Source: Beijerinckiaceae bacterium
GTDB lineage: Bacteria > Pseudomonadota > Alphaproteobacteria > Rhizobiales > Beijerinckiaceae
Direction of reading: 5' to 3'
NCBI GenBank assembly: GCA_947478405.1
Contig: CANJVX010000005.1
Span: 2,255-66,254, forward strand
DNA length: 64,000 bases
Positions 46,283-54,588 of this stretch are shown here, in pieces (position 1 is the stretch's first letter; each line of letters opens with the position of its first letter). A program made the position numbers and the translations under genes. The notes below the pieces were generated by a model, which made no database searches, had not been told where the DNA came from, and was given only the letters and a program-made list of their open reading frames with translations.

Positions 46283-48091
46283 TCAGGGCTTGAAATATTC
46301 ATAAGTGCCATTGTTGATTTTGTTGGCCCATTGCGTCCAATAGGCACCGGGATTGCGTGCATAATCCTCATATTTGCCAGGCGCATTAATGCCGGGAAGC
46401 GCGGGGATATAATCACGGCGCAAGATCACATCAGGATTGCCATAGCGCGAAGCCAGAGCCCGCACGCCGACATCGCTCAACGCGGACAAGCCACCATGCT
46501 CAACAAGTGTCGCCCATTGATCAAGGTCACGCAGACGCAATTGATAGGTGGGCAGAATATTATGCTGATGCATGGAATGGCCACGCGGCACATTATTCTT
46601 GATCGCAAATTCATTGGTCTCTTTCGACCATTCACGCGTGTCATTGGGACCTTGCGCGGCTTCTGCACCAAAGGCCCAGTGAATCACACCCGCCGCGTTG
46701 CGTTCTGACAAATTATTGCCTTCGAGAACTTCTCCGGGGTGTTTAAAATATTTCGGATTGGTTCCCATCCCAGCTTCAAACAACCACCAATATCCAGGCT
46801 TGGGTGCATAGGGCCATTGCAGATTCTGAGTGCCGGGATAGGACTGGAAGAGGTTCAAGCCTTCGCCATACAGGCCGCCACCTTTAATATCGGCTATTTT
46901 ACCGCCCCTGATTTTCACTTCAATGCGCGGATAGGTCGCTGCATGGCTTGATGTGGACGCAACCACGCCATTCACTTCTGGCAAAATGAGCGGCTGATAA
47001 TTGTCGATAACGGCCGGAAATTCGACAAGCGAATAGGGAAAACGTCCAGACGCCTGTGCCGGGAACATGTAGAGATGGCCCTGATTGTAAATACCGGCAG
47101 CCCAGCTCTTGGCTTCTTTCTCAGACACATCATAGCCGAAGGCTGTGCCTTCGGGATCGGTGACTTCGGCGCGGTCGGCAAAACCAATCGGCTCAATGGT
47201 TTTCGTTTCAATCATGCGCCAGACGTCTGAGGGAAAGTCCGGCACCTGGCTCATCAGATCGTAAAGATCAAGATAGGTGTAATTGCCCAGAAGCTTTTCG
47301 CCATGATGGCGCACAAATTTACGCGTATTGGTGCGACCACCCGAGCGCCAGACAATCCAATCAATTTCCGGGTGCTTGTCGAGCCAAGCCACCAACCGAT
47401 CGGGGACTTCTTTCACATAATCTTTTGCAAGTTGCGCATAATGCGCATTGTCATATTTTGGCGTCGTCCATGTCGCCTCAAAGAGTTCACGATCCTGTTC
47501 GCGCACCCATTCGCGGCCTTTTTCGGGGTCGGGCATAATGCCGGTAAAATTGAAGAAATATTCCAGCTCGCGCTGACCATCGCTGATCGTATAGGTGCGA
47601 ATGCCGACGCGGAAATCGAGATATTGTTCTTCGCTCATTCCGAGCAAATCCCAGATGGTCAGCACAGTTGTCTTGACACCGCGCTCTTCCATCGCTCGCT
47701 TGATTGCAGTCTGCACCATCATATTGGGCCGTGTGTCACGGATTTCACCGACCACAATGAGCAAATGCTTGCCTGCATCGACAAGACCCAGCGGCGCGCG
47801 ACCCTGACTTTGGCGGGAAGCCGCCCGTGCGGCCGGCATCAATTGGTCTACGGTATCGGGGCGCTTGAGATAAGACGGAAAAACGGGCGCTGGCACAGGG
47901 CTTTTTGCACCTGGACCAATCAATCCATACTCCTTGCGACGCGCGGCCATATCCGCTGGATCCCATGGCGCATACGCCTGTTTGCGCTCTCCAATCGGCT
48001 GACCCTTTTCAGCGCGGACGAGATCGACGGAAGCCAGCGTCGCCAGTAAGCTGGCGGAAGTGAGAAGTTGAAGGATCCTGCTGCGAAACAT
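46283..48091 (-). CDS. secreted ~600-aa protein, M29-aminopeptidase/NicX-like fold inferred (paralog B)
   Basis: GGAGA RBS 7 nt before ATG 48091. Signal peptide MFRSRILQLLTSASLLATLASVDLVRA. Motifs WLFEAGMGTNPKY, GVIHWAFG, HSMHQHN. The gene is certain; the function is inferred. Confidence 0.6.
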   Translation of the reverse strand: MFRSRILQLLTSASLLATLASVDLVRAEKGQPIGERKQAYAPWDPADMAARRKEYGLIGPGAKSPVPAPVFPSYLKRPDTVDQLMPAARAASRQSQGRAPLGLVDAGKHLLIVVGEIRDTRPNMMVQTAIKRAMEERGVKTTVLTIWDLLGMSEEQYLDFRVGIRTYTISDGQRELEYFFNFTGIMPDPEKGREWVREQDRELFEATWTTPKYDNAHYAQLAKDYVKEVPDRLVAWLDKHPEIDWIVWRSGGRTNTRKFVRHHGEKLLGNYTYLDLYDLMSQVPDFPSDVWRMIETKTIEPIGFADRAEVTDPEGTAFGYDVSEKEAKSWAAGIYNQGHLYMFPAQASGRFPYSLVEFPAVIDNYQPLILPEVNGVVASTSSHAATYPRIEVKIRGGKIADIKGGGLYGEGLNLFQSYPGTQNLQWPYAPKPGYWWLFEAGMGTNPKYFKHPGEVLEGNNLSERNAAGVIHWAFGAEAAQGPNDTREWSKETNEFAIKNNVPRGHSMHQHNILPTYQLRLRDLDQWATLVEHGGLSALSDVGVRALASRYGNPDVILRRDYIPALPGINAPGKYEDYARNPGAYWTQWANKINNGTYEYFKP

Positions 48092-48105
48092 CTGTCCATC
48101 TCCGC

Positions 48106-49908
48106 TCAAGGCTTGAAGTAAGTGTTCTTGCCGCCCTCAATGCTGGCAGCCCATTTTGTCCAATATGCGCCAGGATCGCGCGCATATTGATCGTAAGTGC
48201 CCGGTGCATTGATGCCCGGAATTTCGGGCACATAATCGCGGTTCAACACGCGATCGGGATTGCCATAGCGAGAGGCCAGCGCGCGCACATAAGTATCTTT
48301 CAGAGACGTCAACCCGCCATGCTCAAGCAACGTGATCCATTGATCGAGATCGCGCACGCGCACCTGATAGGTCGGCAGGAGATTATGCTGATGCATGGAA
48401 TGCCCCTTCGGGACATTGTGCTTGGTGGCAAAATCTTCTGTCTCTTGCGCCCAAGGCCCGACCACGTCCGGCCCCATCGCAACCTCGGCGCCAAAGGCCC
48501 AATGAATCACGCCAGCGACATTACGCTCTGAGAGATTATTGCCCTCATTCACTTCACCCGGATGTTTGAAATATTTCGGGTTAGTCCCCATGCCGGCTTC
48601 ATAAAGCCACCAATAACCGGGCTTTTTCTGCATTGGCCACGTAAGCTCTTTCGTGCCAGGATAATTCTGGAAGAGCTTCAAGCCCTCGCCATAAAGGCCG
48701 CCACCCTTGATATCGGCAATCAATCCGTCCTTCACGCGCACTTCAATGCGCGGATAAGTAGCTGCATGGCTAGAGGTGGAGGCAATAATGCCCTGCACTT
48801 CCGCCTGAACCGGTGGAATGTAACGGCCATTCATGACCGGATATTCCACCATAGAATAGGGCGTGCGCCCCGTTGCCTGCGGCGGGAACATGTAAAGATG
48901 CCCTTGGTTGTAGACACCTTCAGCCCAACCCTTGGCTGCTTCTTCGGAAATGTCATAACCGAAAGCTGTACCCTCAGGATCGGTGACCTCTGCGCGATCG
49001 ACATACGCCAGTGGTTCGATTGTTTTCGATTCCACCAACCGCCAAACATCCGCCGGGAAATCGGGTACCTGGCCCATCAGATCAAACAGGTCGACATAGG
49101 TGTAATTGCCCAAAAACCGCTCGCCATGCTGCTTCAGCATTTTGCGCGTATTGGGGCGATTACCTGAGCGCCAGACGATCCATGTGATTTCGGGATGCTT
49201 ATCAAGCCAAGCGTTGAGTTTGGCTGGAACAAGCTCGTTATAATCCTTGGCGAGCTGCGAAAAACGCGGGTCTTCAAATTTCGGCGCGGCCCAGGTTGCC
49301 TGATACAGCTCAGGGTCTTGCTGGCGCACCCAGTCACGCCCCTTGGGGGGATCGGGTACAAAGCCCGTAAAGTTGAAGAAATATTCGAGCTCGCGCTGAC
49401 CATCTGCAATGGAATAGGTGCGGATGCCATCGCGATAATTCTGAAATTCAACTTCCGTCAGTCCCAACAAGTCCCAAATGGTGAGAACAGTGGTCTTGAC
49501 GCCGCGCTCTTCCATGGCGCGCTTGATCGCTTCCTGCACCATCATATTGGGCTTGGAATCACGCACCTCACCCACAACAATCAGCAATTGCTTGCCAGCT
49601 TCAACAAGGCCAAGCGGCGTCCGTCCACCCGTCTGGCGTGAGGCCGAGCGAGCAGACGGCATCAGCTTGTCGAGGGAATCTGGCTTCTTCAAATAAGAAG
49701 GAAAGGAGGGCGCCGGGAAAGCTGCCGTTGTGCCTGGACCGATCAAGCCCTGCTCTTGCCGCCGCTTGACCATATCGGCTGGGTTCCAGGGGGCATAAAG
49801 CGCCCTGCGCTCGGCCAGAGGTTGACCTTTTTCGGCCAAAGCCACACCCGAAAGTGCAAAAAAAGCAGAAAAAACAGCCGTAAAAAGCGCGCGCGGACGT
49901 GCTGTCAT
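48106..49908 (-). CDS. secreted ~600-aa protein, M29-aminopeptidase/NicX-like fold inferred (paralog A)
   Basis: Signal peptide MTARPRALFTAVFSAFFALSGVALA. Roughly 70 percent identical by eye to 46283-48091 over the full length, with the same three motifs. Confidence 0.6.
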   Translation of the reverse strand: MTARPRALFTAVFSAFFALSGVALAEKGQPLAERRALYAPWNPADMVKRRQEQGLIGPGTTAAFPAPSFPSYLKKPDSLDKLMPSARSASRQTGGRTPLGLVEAGKQLLIVVGEVRDSKPNMMVQEAIKRAMEERGVKTTVLTIWDLLGLTEVEFQNYRDGIRTYSIADGQRELEYFFNFTGFVPDPPKGRDWVRQQDPELYQATWAAPKFEDPRFSQLAKDYNELVPAKLNAWLDKHPEITWIVWRSGNRPNTRKMLKQHGERFLGNYTYVDLFDLMGQVPDFPADVWRLVESKTIEPLAYVDRAEVTDPEGTAFGYDISEEAAKGWAEGVYNQGHLYMFPPQATGRTPYSMVEYPVMNGRYIPPVQAEVQGIIASTSSHAATYPRIEVRVKDGLIADIKGGGLYGEGLKLFQNYPGTKELTWPMQKKPGYWWLYEAGMGTNPKYFKHPGEVNEGNNLSERNVAGVIHWAFGAEVAMGPDVVGPWAQETEDFATKHNVPKGHSMHQHNLLPTYQVRVRDLDQWITLLEHGGLTSLKDTYVRALASRYGNPDRVLNRDYVPEIPGINAPGTYDQYARDPGAYWTKWAASIEGGKNTYFKP

Positions 49909-50192
49909 GGAAAAAATCTCCCCAGATGCCAGCGTCTCAAGGCGCTGTTTGCACTCATTATAGCAAGGCTGGAGCAGGAGTCAGGCCCTGATCGCAAGGT
50001 CTGCTGCACCGCAGCAACGCTTCCCCATTTTGGGGAAAGGGGGGCGGGGGCGCGGATAGCTCTTTAGCTAGATGCGGAGACATACCCATGTTAGCGTTTG
50101 AAAAAAGGGTATGGGGGGTGCCTTTCGTTGCTGGCGTCAAGAGCCGCGACAATCCAGCCCCAGATCCCAGAACATCAAGAAGAGGAAGAAAA

Positions 50193-50933
50193 ATGAATCT
50201 CCCGCCCAACCGCATGTATGGCCATCGCGCTCGTATCGGCTACACATCCCCGCCCCTGACGACGGAAGTCTTTCCGTACGAATTCTACAAGATCGTCCCC
50301 GATGGCGTGTCGCTAGTGGTGACGAGCCTGGCCATTGTTGTGCGATCGAAAGAAGAGATTGATCGCTCCTATGACATCAGCATGCAGGCCGCGCGCGAAA
50401 TGGCGGCCTCCAAATGCGATCTCATCATGCTTGGCGGCGTTCCGATCAACCTGTCACGCGGCACAAAGAATGCCGAGCAAATGGTGGATGATCTGGAAGC
50501 CGAGCTTGGTGTGAAGGTCTCGACCAGCCAGACAGCGCAAATCAAAGCCGCGCGTGCGCTGGGCGCGAAGAAAATGGTTGTCGCTCATCCTTATGCGGAA
50601 GGCGATACGACGCGCATCTCGTCTTACAATGAACATATGCATTGCGAGACGCTAGGCGCTATGGCCTTCGGCTCCGCCTTCAATCAGATTGGCCGCATTC
50701 CGCGCGATGGTGCCCTGCAGCTTGGCCGCGCCTTGATGAAGAAATATCCTGATGCGGATACAATCATCATGCCCTCTCCCCATTGGCCCACGATTGAAAG
50801 TATCGAGCCGCTTGAGCGCGAGTTCGGGGTGAACGTGATGACCGCGCTGCAGGTGATTGTCTGGGATGCCCTGCGACGTTGCGGCATCAATGACAAAATC
50901 GAAGGCTATGGTCGCCTGTTCAGCGAATTCTGA
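50193..50933 (+). CDS. Asp/Glu-racemase-superfamily protein (arylmalonate decarboxylase / maleate isomerase-like), paralog 1
   Basis: AGAGGAAG RBS before ATG 50193. YGHRARIGYTSPP N-terminus and C-terminal EGYGRLF, as in AMDase/maleate isomerases. Confidence 0.75.
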   Translation: MNLPPNRMYGHRARIGYTSPPLTTEVFPYEFYKIVPDGVSLVVTSLAIVVRSKEEIDRSYDISMQAAREMAASKCDLIMLGGVPINLSRGTKNAEQMVDDLEAELGVKVSTSQTAQIKAARALGAKKMVVAHPYAEGDTTRISSYNEHMHCETLGAMAFGSAFNQIGRIPRDGALQLGRALMKKYPDADTIIMPSPHWPTIESIEPLEREFGVNVMTALQVIVWDALRRCGINDKIEGYGRLFSEF

Positions 50934-50969
50934 AAATCAGCGACACCAATCAAGGCAAAGAGGTGAAGG

Positions 50970-51998
50970 ATGAAACGTATTGCAACAGCCCTTATGGTCT
51001 GCGTCACATCTTCGCCTGTTCTCGCCGATCCTGTTGCAGACTTCTATCGCGGAAAATCGATCACCATGCTCGTCGCCAGCGGTGTTGGCGGCGGGTATGA
51101 CACTTATGCGCGAGTATTTGCACGCTTTGCCATCAAACATATTCCGGGCAATCCAAACATCATTGCCAAAAACATGCCTGCAGCCGGTGGGCTTGCTGCC
51201 GCCAGCGCGCTTTACAACAATGCTGATCGGGACGGTTTGAGCATTGGAGCCTTTGCCAATGTCTCGACGCTCGATCCATTGTTCGGTAATCCCGGTGCGC
51301 GTTACGATTCACGCAAATTCGGCTGGATCGGATCCATCGGCAAATTGCAAAATGTCTGTGCCACATGGCACACGAGCCCGGTCAAGACGATTGATGATGC
51401 CAAAAAACGCGAAGTAATTGTCGCGGGCGCTGGCGCCTCATCAAACACGGCGGTCGTCCCGCGCATCGTCAACGAACTTCTGGGAACGCGATTCAAGATC
51501 GTCTCGGGCTATGATCCAGCAGGCGGCCTTACAATGGCTGTCGAGAGTGGCGAGGCCGAGGGCATTTGCGGACTCTCTTGGTCCACGATGAAAGCTTCTC
51601 GTCCGGATTGGATTTCAGGCAAGAAACTCAATGTGATTGTGCAGATGAGTATGGAGCGGCTACCCGAATTGCCTGATGTACCAAGTGTGCTCGATCTCAT
51701 CACTGATCCTGAACGCAAGCGCGTTCTAGAGTTAATTCTCATCCGCCAAGAAACCGGCCGCCCCTTCGCCAGCGCCCCAGATACGCCCAAAGAACGGCTG
51801 GCTGCTCTGCGCACAGCTTTCGATCAAACGATGAAAGATACGGAATTTCTGGCTGAAGCAGAGCGCAATCAAATGGAAATCGAGCCGCTAACCGGCACCC
51901 AAATCGAAGATTTTCTGACTAAGGCCTATGCGTCTGCGCCCGAAGTCATCGCAAAAGCCGCTGCATTGGTCGAGCCAACCGGCGCAAAAACACGCTGA
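50970..51998 (+). CDS. Bug/TctC-family substrate-binding protein
   Basis: Signal peptide, then FYRGKSITMLVASGVGGGYDTYARVFARFAIKHIPGNPNIIAKNMPAAGG. Confidence 0.85.
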   Translation: MKRIATALMVCVTSSPVLADPVADFYRGKSITMLVASGVGGGYDTYARVFARFAIKHIPGNPNIIAKNMPAAGGLAAASALYNNADRDGLSIGAFANVSTLDPLFGNPGARYDSRKFGWIGSIGKLQNVCATWHTSPVKTIDDAKKREVIVAGAGASSNTAVVPRIVNELLGTRFKIVSGYDPAGGLTMAVESGEAEGICGLSWSTMKASRPDWISGKKLNVIVQMSMERLPELPDVPSVLDLITDPERKRVLELILIRQETGRPFASAPDTPKERLAALRTAFDQTMKDTEFLAEAERNQMEIEPLTGTQIEDFLTKAYASAPEVIAKAAALVEPTGAKTR

Positions 51999-52006
51999 GG
52001 AGAAAC

Positions 52007-52738
52007 TCAGCCCTTCGGCAATTGGGAGAGAAGTTGCCCATAGCCTTCGCGCGGCGCGTGGACACGCAAACGCTGCAAAATTTCCCATGCTGTTGCGACA
52101 CCCGGATGAAGGACGGGGATGCCTAGATCCCGTTCCAGCGTTTCCACAATATCCAGCATGCGCAATTTGCCACCCTGAATGTAAATACCCTCTGCCTGAG
52201 GATGTTTCAAAACAGCTTGCTTGATGAGCCGATAGATCTCCTGCGAAGATAAGAGCCCGACATCTTCCCATCGACCAGGCATGCACTCGAGGGCTAAAAT
52301 ATCAAAGCCAGCATTCGTGAAATAGCGATGGACGGGTGCGGGATCTTCAAAATCGTAACCAATGCCAACAAAGCGCTTTACATGAAGCGCCTTCAACGCG
52401 CGCACCTGATTGGAGCCTGAGGTAAAAATAGGAATGCCCCAGCGTTTTTCCCACGCCTCGATCAATGCACATTCTGCCCGATAACCAATCAACATGAAGG
52501 GCGGCGTTCCAGCTGGGTGAATGAGATCCACACCATCTTCTGCAAGTTCGGCAATCTTCTCTTCATAGGAGGGAATCGCCCCACCAAATTCTTGCAGTGT
52601 TCCATGACGAATATTGTTGAACAGCGGCAAAATGCCGATGCCCTCAGGCAGCATGCGGATCAATTCTTCGAGAGAACCAGACCCCTTTGTCGGCTTGACC
52701 GTGCCAACCATTCCCCGCCATGCGCCACCAAATCCCAT
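52007..52738 (-). CDS. Asp/Glu-racemase-superfamily protein (AMDase/maleate isomerase-like), paralog 2
   Basis: GGAGAG before ATG 52738. C-terminal REGYGQLL and GIPVLHPGVATAWEILQRL align with the family. The listed longer start adds a non-homologous extension. Confidence 0.7.
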   Translation of the reverse strand: MGFGGAWRGMVGTVKPTKGSGSLEELIRMLPEGIGILPLFNNIRHGTLQEFGGAIPSYEEKIAELAEDGVDLIHPAGTPPFMLIGYRAECALIEAWEKRWGIPIFTSGSNQVRALKALHVKRFVGIGYDFEDPAPVHRYFTNAGFDILALECMPGRWEDVGLLSSQEIYRLIKQAVLKHPQAEGIYIQGGKLRMLDIVETLERDLGIPVLHPGVATAWEILQRLRVHAPREGYGQLLSQLPKG

Positions 52739-52834
52739 TTCACTCTCCAGAACTCGCACCACATGCTTGCCAGCCACGATACTCTCGCACCATAATTCGG
52801 AGACCAGCAAGATTCCACAAGACTGGAGACAAAG

Positions 52835-53863
52835 ATGAGCCCTCACCTCAAACGCTATCTGAGCGGCGCCCTCGTACTAACAGCGCTCACAAGCCCAGTC
52901 TTTGCCGAGCCCCTTGCAGATTTCTATTCCGGCAAAATGCTGTCGCTGGTGATCGGCTATCCACCAGGCGGCGGATTTGATTCATCCGCACGTATATTGA
53001 TGCGCCATATGGGAAAACACATTCCAGGACAGCCCGGCATGGTCCCCCGAAATATGCCGGGTGCGGGCAGTCTTGTGGCAACCAACCATCTCTATAATCT
53101 TGCTGCAAAGGACGGGACCGAATTTGGCATTATCGGCGGATCAGTTCCATTTGGCCCATTATGGAGCCGCGATGGCGTCAAATTTGAAGCCACCAAATTC
53201 AATTGGCTTGGCAGCATGGACCGGTGGACAGGCATTGCCTTGATGTGGGGGCAAGCACCGATCACAAGCTTCGACAAGGCGCTGACACAAGAGGTTACTG
53301 TCGGGGCAACCGGCAGCGGCGATGTGACCAGCATCTATCCACGCGTGCTCAATGCCTTGATCAAGACGCGCTTCAAGGTAGTTGGTGGATATCAGGGTAC
53401 GTCTGACCTCAGTCTCGCTATGGAGCGGGGTGAAATTCATGGACGTCTTGGTTGGTGCTGGGATTGCGTGAAAGCTGAAAAGCCGGACTGGATTGCAAGC
53501 GACAAGATAAAGATCATGATTCAACTTGGCATGGTGAAGGATCCTGAATTGCCGGGCGTTCCCCATATTTTCGATCTCGTCAAAACGGATGAGGACCGCC
53601 AAATCGTGAAGCTGGTCTTCGGTAGCCAAGATATGGCACGCCCCTTTGTCGCGCCCCCTGGTGTCCCCCATGATCGCGTCGTCGCATTGCGCAAGGCTTT
53701 TGAAGCCACGCTCAGCGACAAAGACTTTTTGGCAGAGGCCCAGCGTTTGAACATGCCCATTAAACTTACATCTGCCGCTGAAATCGAAAAACTGATTGCC
53801 GATGTCTATGCCACACCGCAACCTGTGATTGATCGCGCCGCCGCCGTCATCGGGAGCAACTGA
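52835..53863 (+). CDS. Bug/TctC-family substrate-binding protein
   Basis: Signal peptide, then FYSGKMLSLVIGYPPGGGFDSSARILMRHMGKHIPGQPGMVPRNMPGAGS. Confidence 0.85.
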   Translation: MSPHLKRYLSGALVLTALTSPVFAEPLADFYSGKMLSLVIGYPPGGGFDSSARILMRHMGKHIPGQPGMVPRNMPGAGSLVATNHLYNLAAKDGTEFGIIGGSVPFGPLWSRDGVKFEATKFNWLGSMDRWTGIALMWGQAPITSFDKALTQEVTVGATGSGDVTSIYPRVLNALIKTRFKVVGGYQGTSDLSLAMERGEIHGRLGWCWDCVKAEKPDWIASDKIKIMIQLGMVKDPELPGVPHIFDLVKTDEDRQIVKLVFGSQDMARPFVAPPGVPHDRVVALRKAFEATLSDKDFLAEAQRLNMPIKLTSAAEIEKLIADVYATPQPVIDRAAAVIGSN

Positions 53864-53864
53864 A

Positions 53865-54581
53865 GTGTATGGTCATCGCGCACGCATCGGCTACACGTCT
53901 GTCGCATTTGTGACAGAGGTCTTCCCCTACACCTTTTATAAAATGGCGCCCGACGGCGTAGCTTTGGCGCTTGTCACTGTGCAGCAATCCGAATTTTCGA
54001 AGAATGAAATGGATCGTCTCTATGAAGAGACGATGATTGCGGCTCAATCGCTCGCACGTTCAGGCGTTGATCTCCTCGTGCTCGGCGGTCGCCCGGTCTT
54101 GCTGTCACGCGGAGGAACTCTGGCTGATATCGAACAATCTGTGAGCGACAAGCTTGGTGTGCGCGTCACGACAGATGCCAGCGCCCAATTAGCCGCCTTT
54201 CATGCGTTGGGCAGCAAGAAAGTAGCAACGGTTCATCCCTTTGCCGAAGGTGACAATAATCGCCACGACAAGATGATCGAACAATTGGGCTTGTACCCCG
54301 CAGGCTCATTGGGCGGCGGTTGCGATCTCGTCGGCCTACCAAAGATCCCCGTTGGCAAAGCATTGGAATGGGGACGTGAGATGAAAAAGCGCAGCCCAGA
54401 TGCCGATACTCTGCTTTTTCCTTGTCCGCATTGGGCGGTCATTGAAGCCATTGATCCGCTGGAGCAAGAGCTCGGTGTCACTGTTGTGACCAATCTTCAA
54501 GCAACGCTCTGGCACGCCCTTCGTGTTTTAGGAATCAAGGACAAAGTGGAAGGCTATGGACGCCTGCTGCGCGAGCTGTAA
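53865..54581 (+). CDS. Asp/Glu-racemase-superfamily protein (AMDase/maleate isomerase-like), paralog 3
   Basis: GTG 53865 lies 1 nt after the TctC stop and gives VYGHRARIGYTS, matching the paralog 1 N-terminus. C-terminal EGYGRLL. The listed ATG 53829 would overlap TctC. Confidence 0.7.
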   Translation: MYGHRARIGYTSVAFVTEVFPYTFYKMAPDGVALALVTVQQSEFSKNEMDRLYEETMIAAQSLARSGVDLLVLGGRPVLLSRGGTLADIEQSVSDKLGVRVTTDASAQLAAFHALGSKKVATVHPFAEGDNNRHDKMIEQLGLYPAGSLGGGCDLVGLPKIPVGKALEWGREMKKRSPDADTLLFPCPHWAVIEAIDPLEQELGVTVVTNLQATLWHALRVLGIKDKVEGYGRLLREL

Positions 54582-54588
54582 GCGCGCG

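Noticed and set aside
50032-50055. Possible G-quadruplex in the G-rich tract GGGGAAAGGGGGGCGGGGGCGCGG.
   Set aside because: There are only three runs of three or more G separated by loops. A fourth run is missing, so it does not fit the canonical G3+N1-7 x4 pattern.
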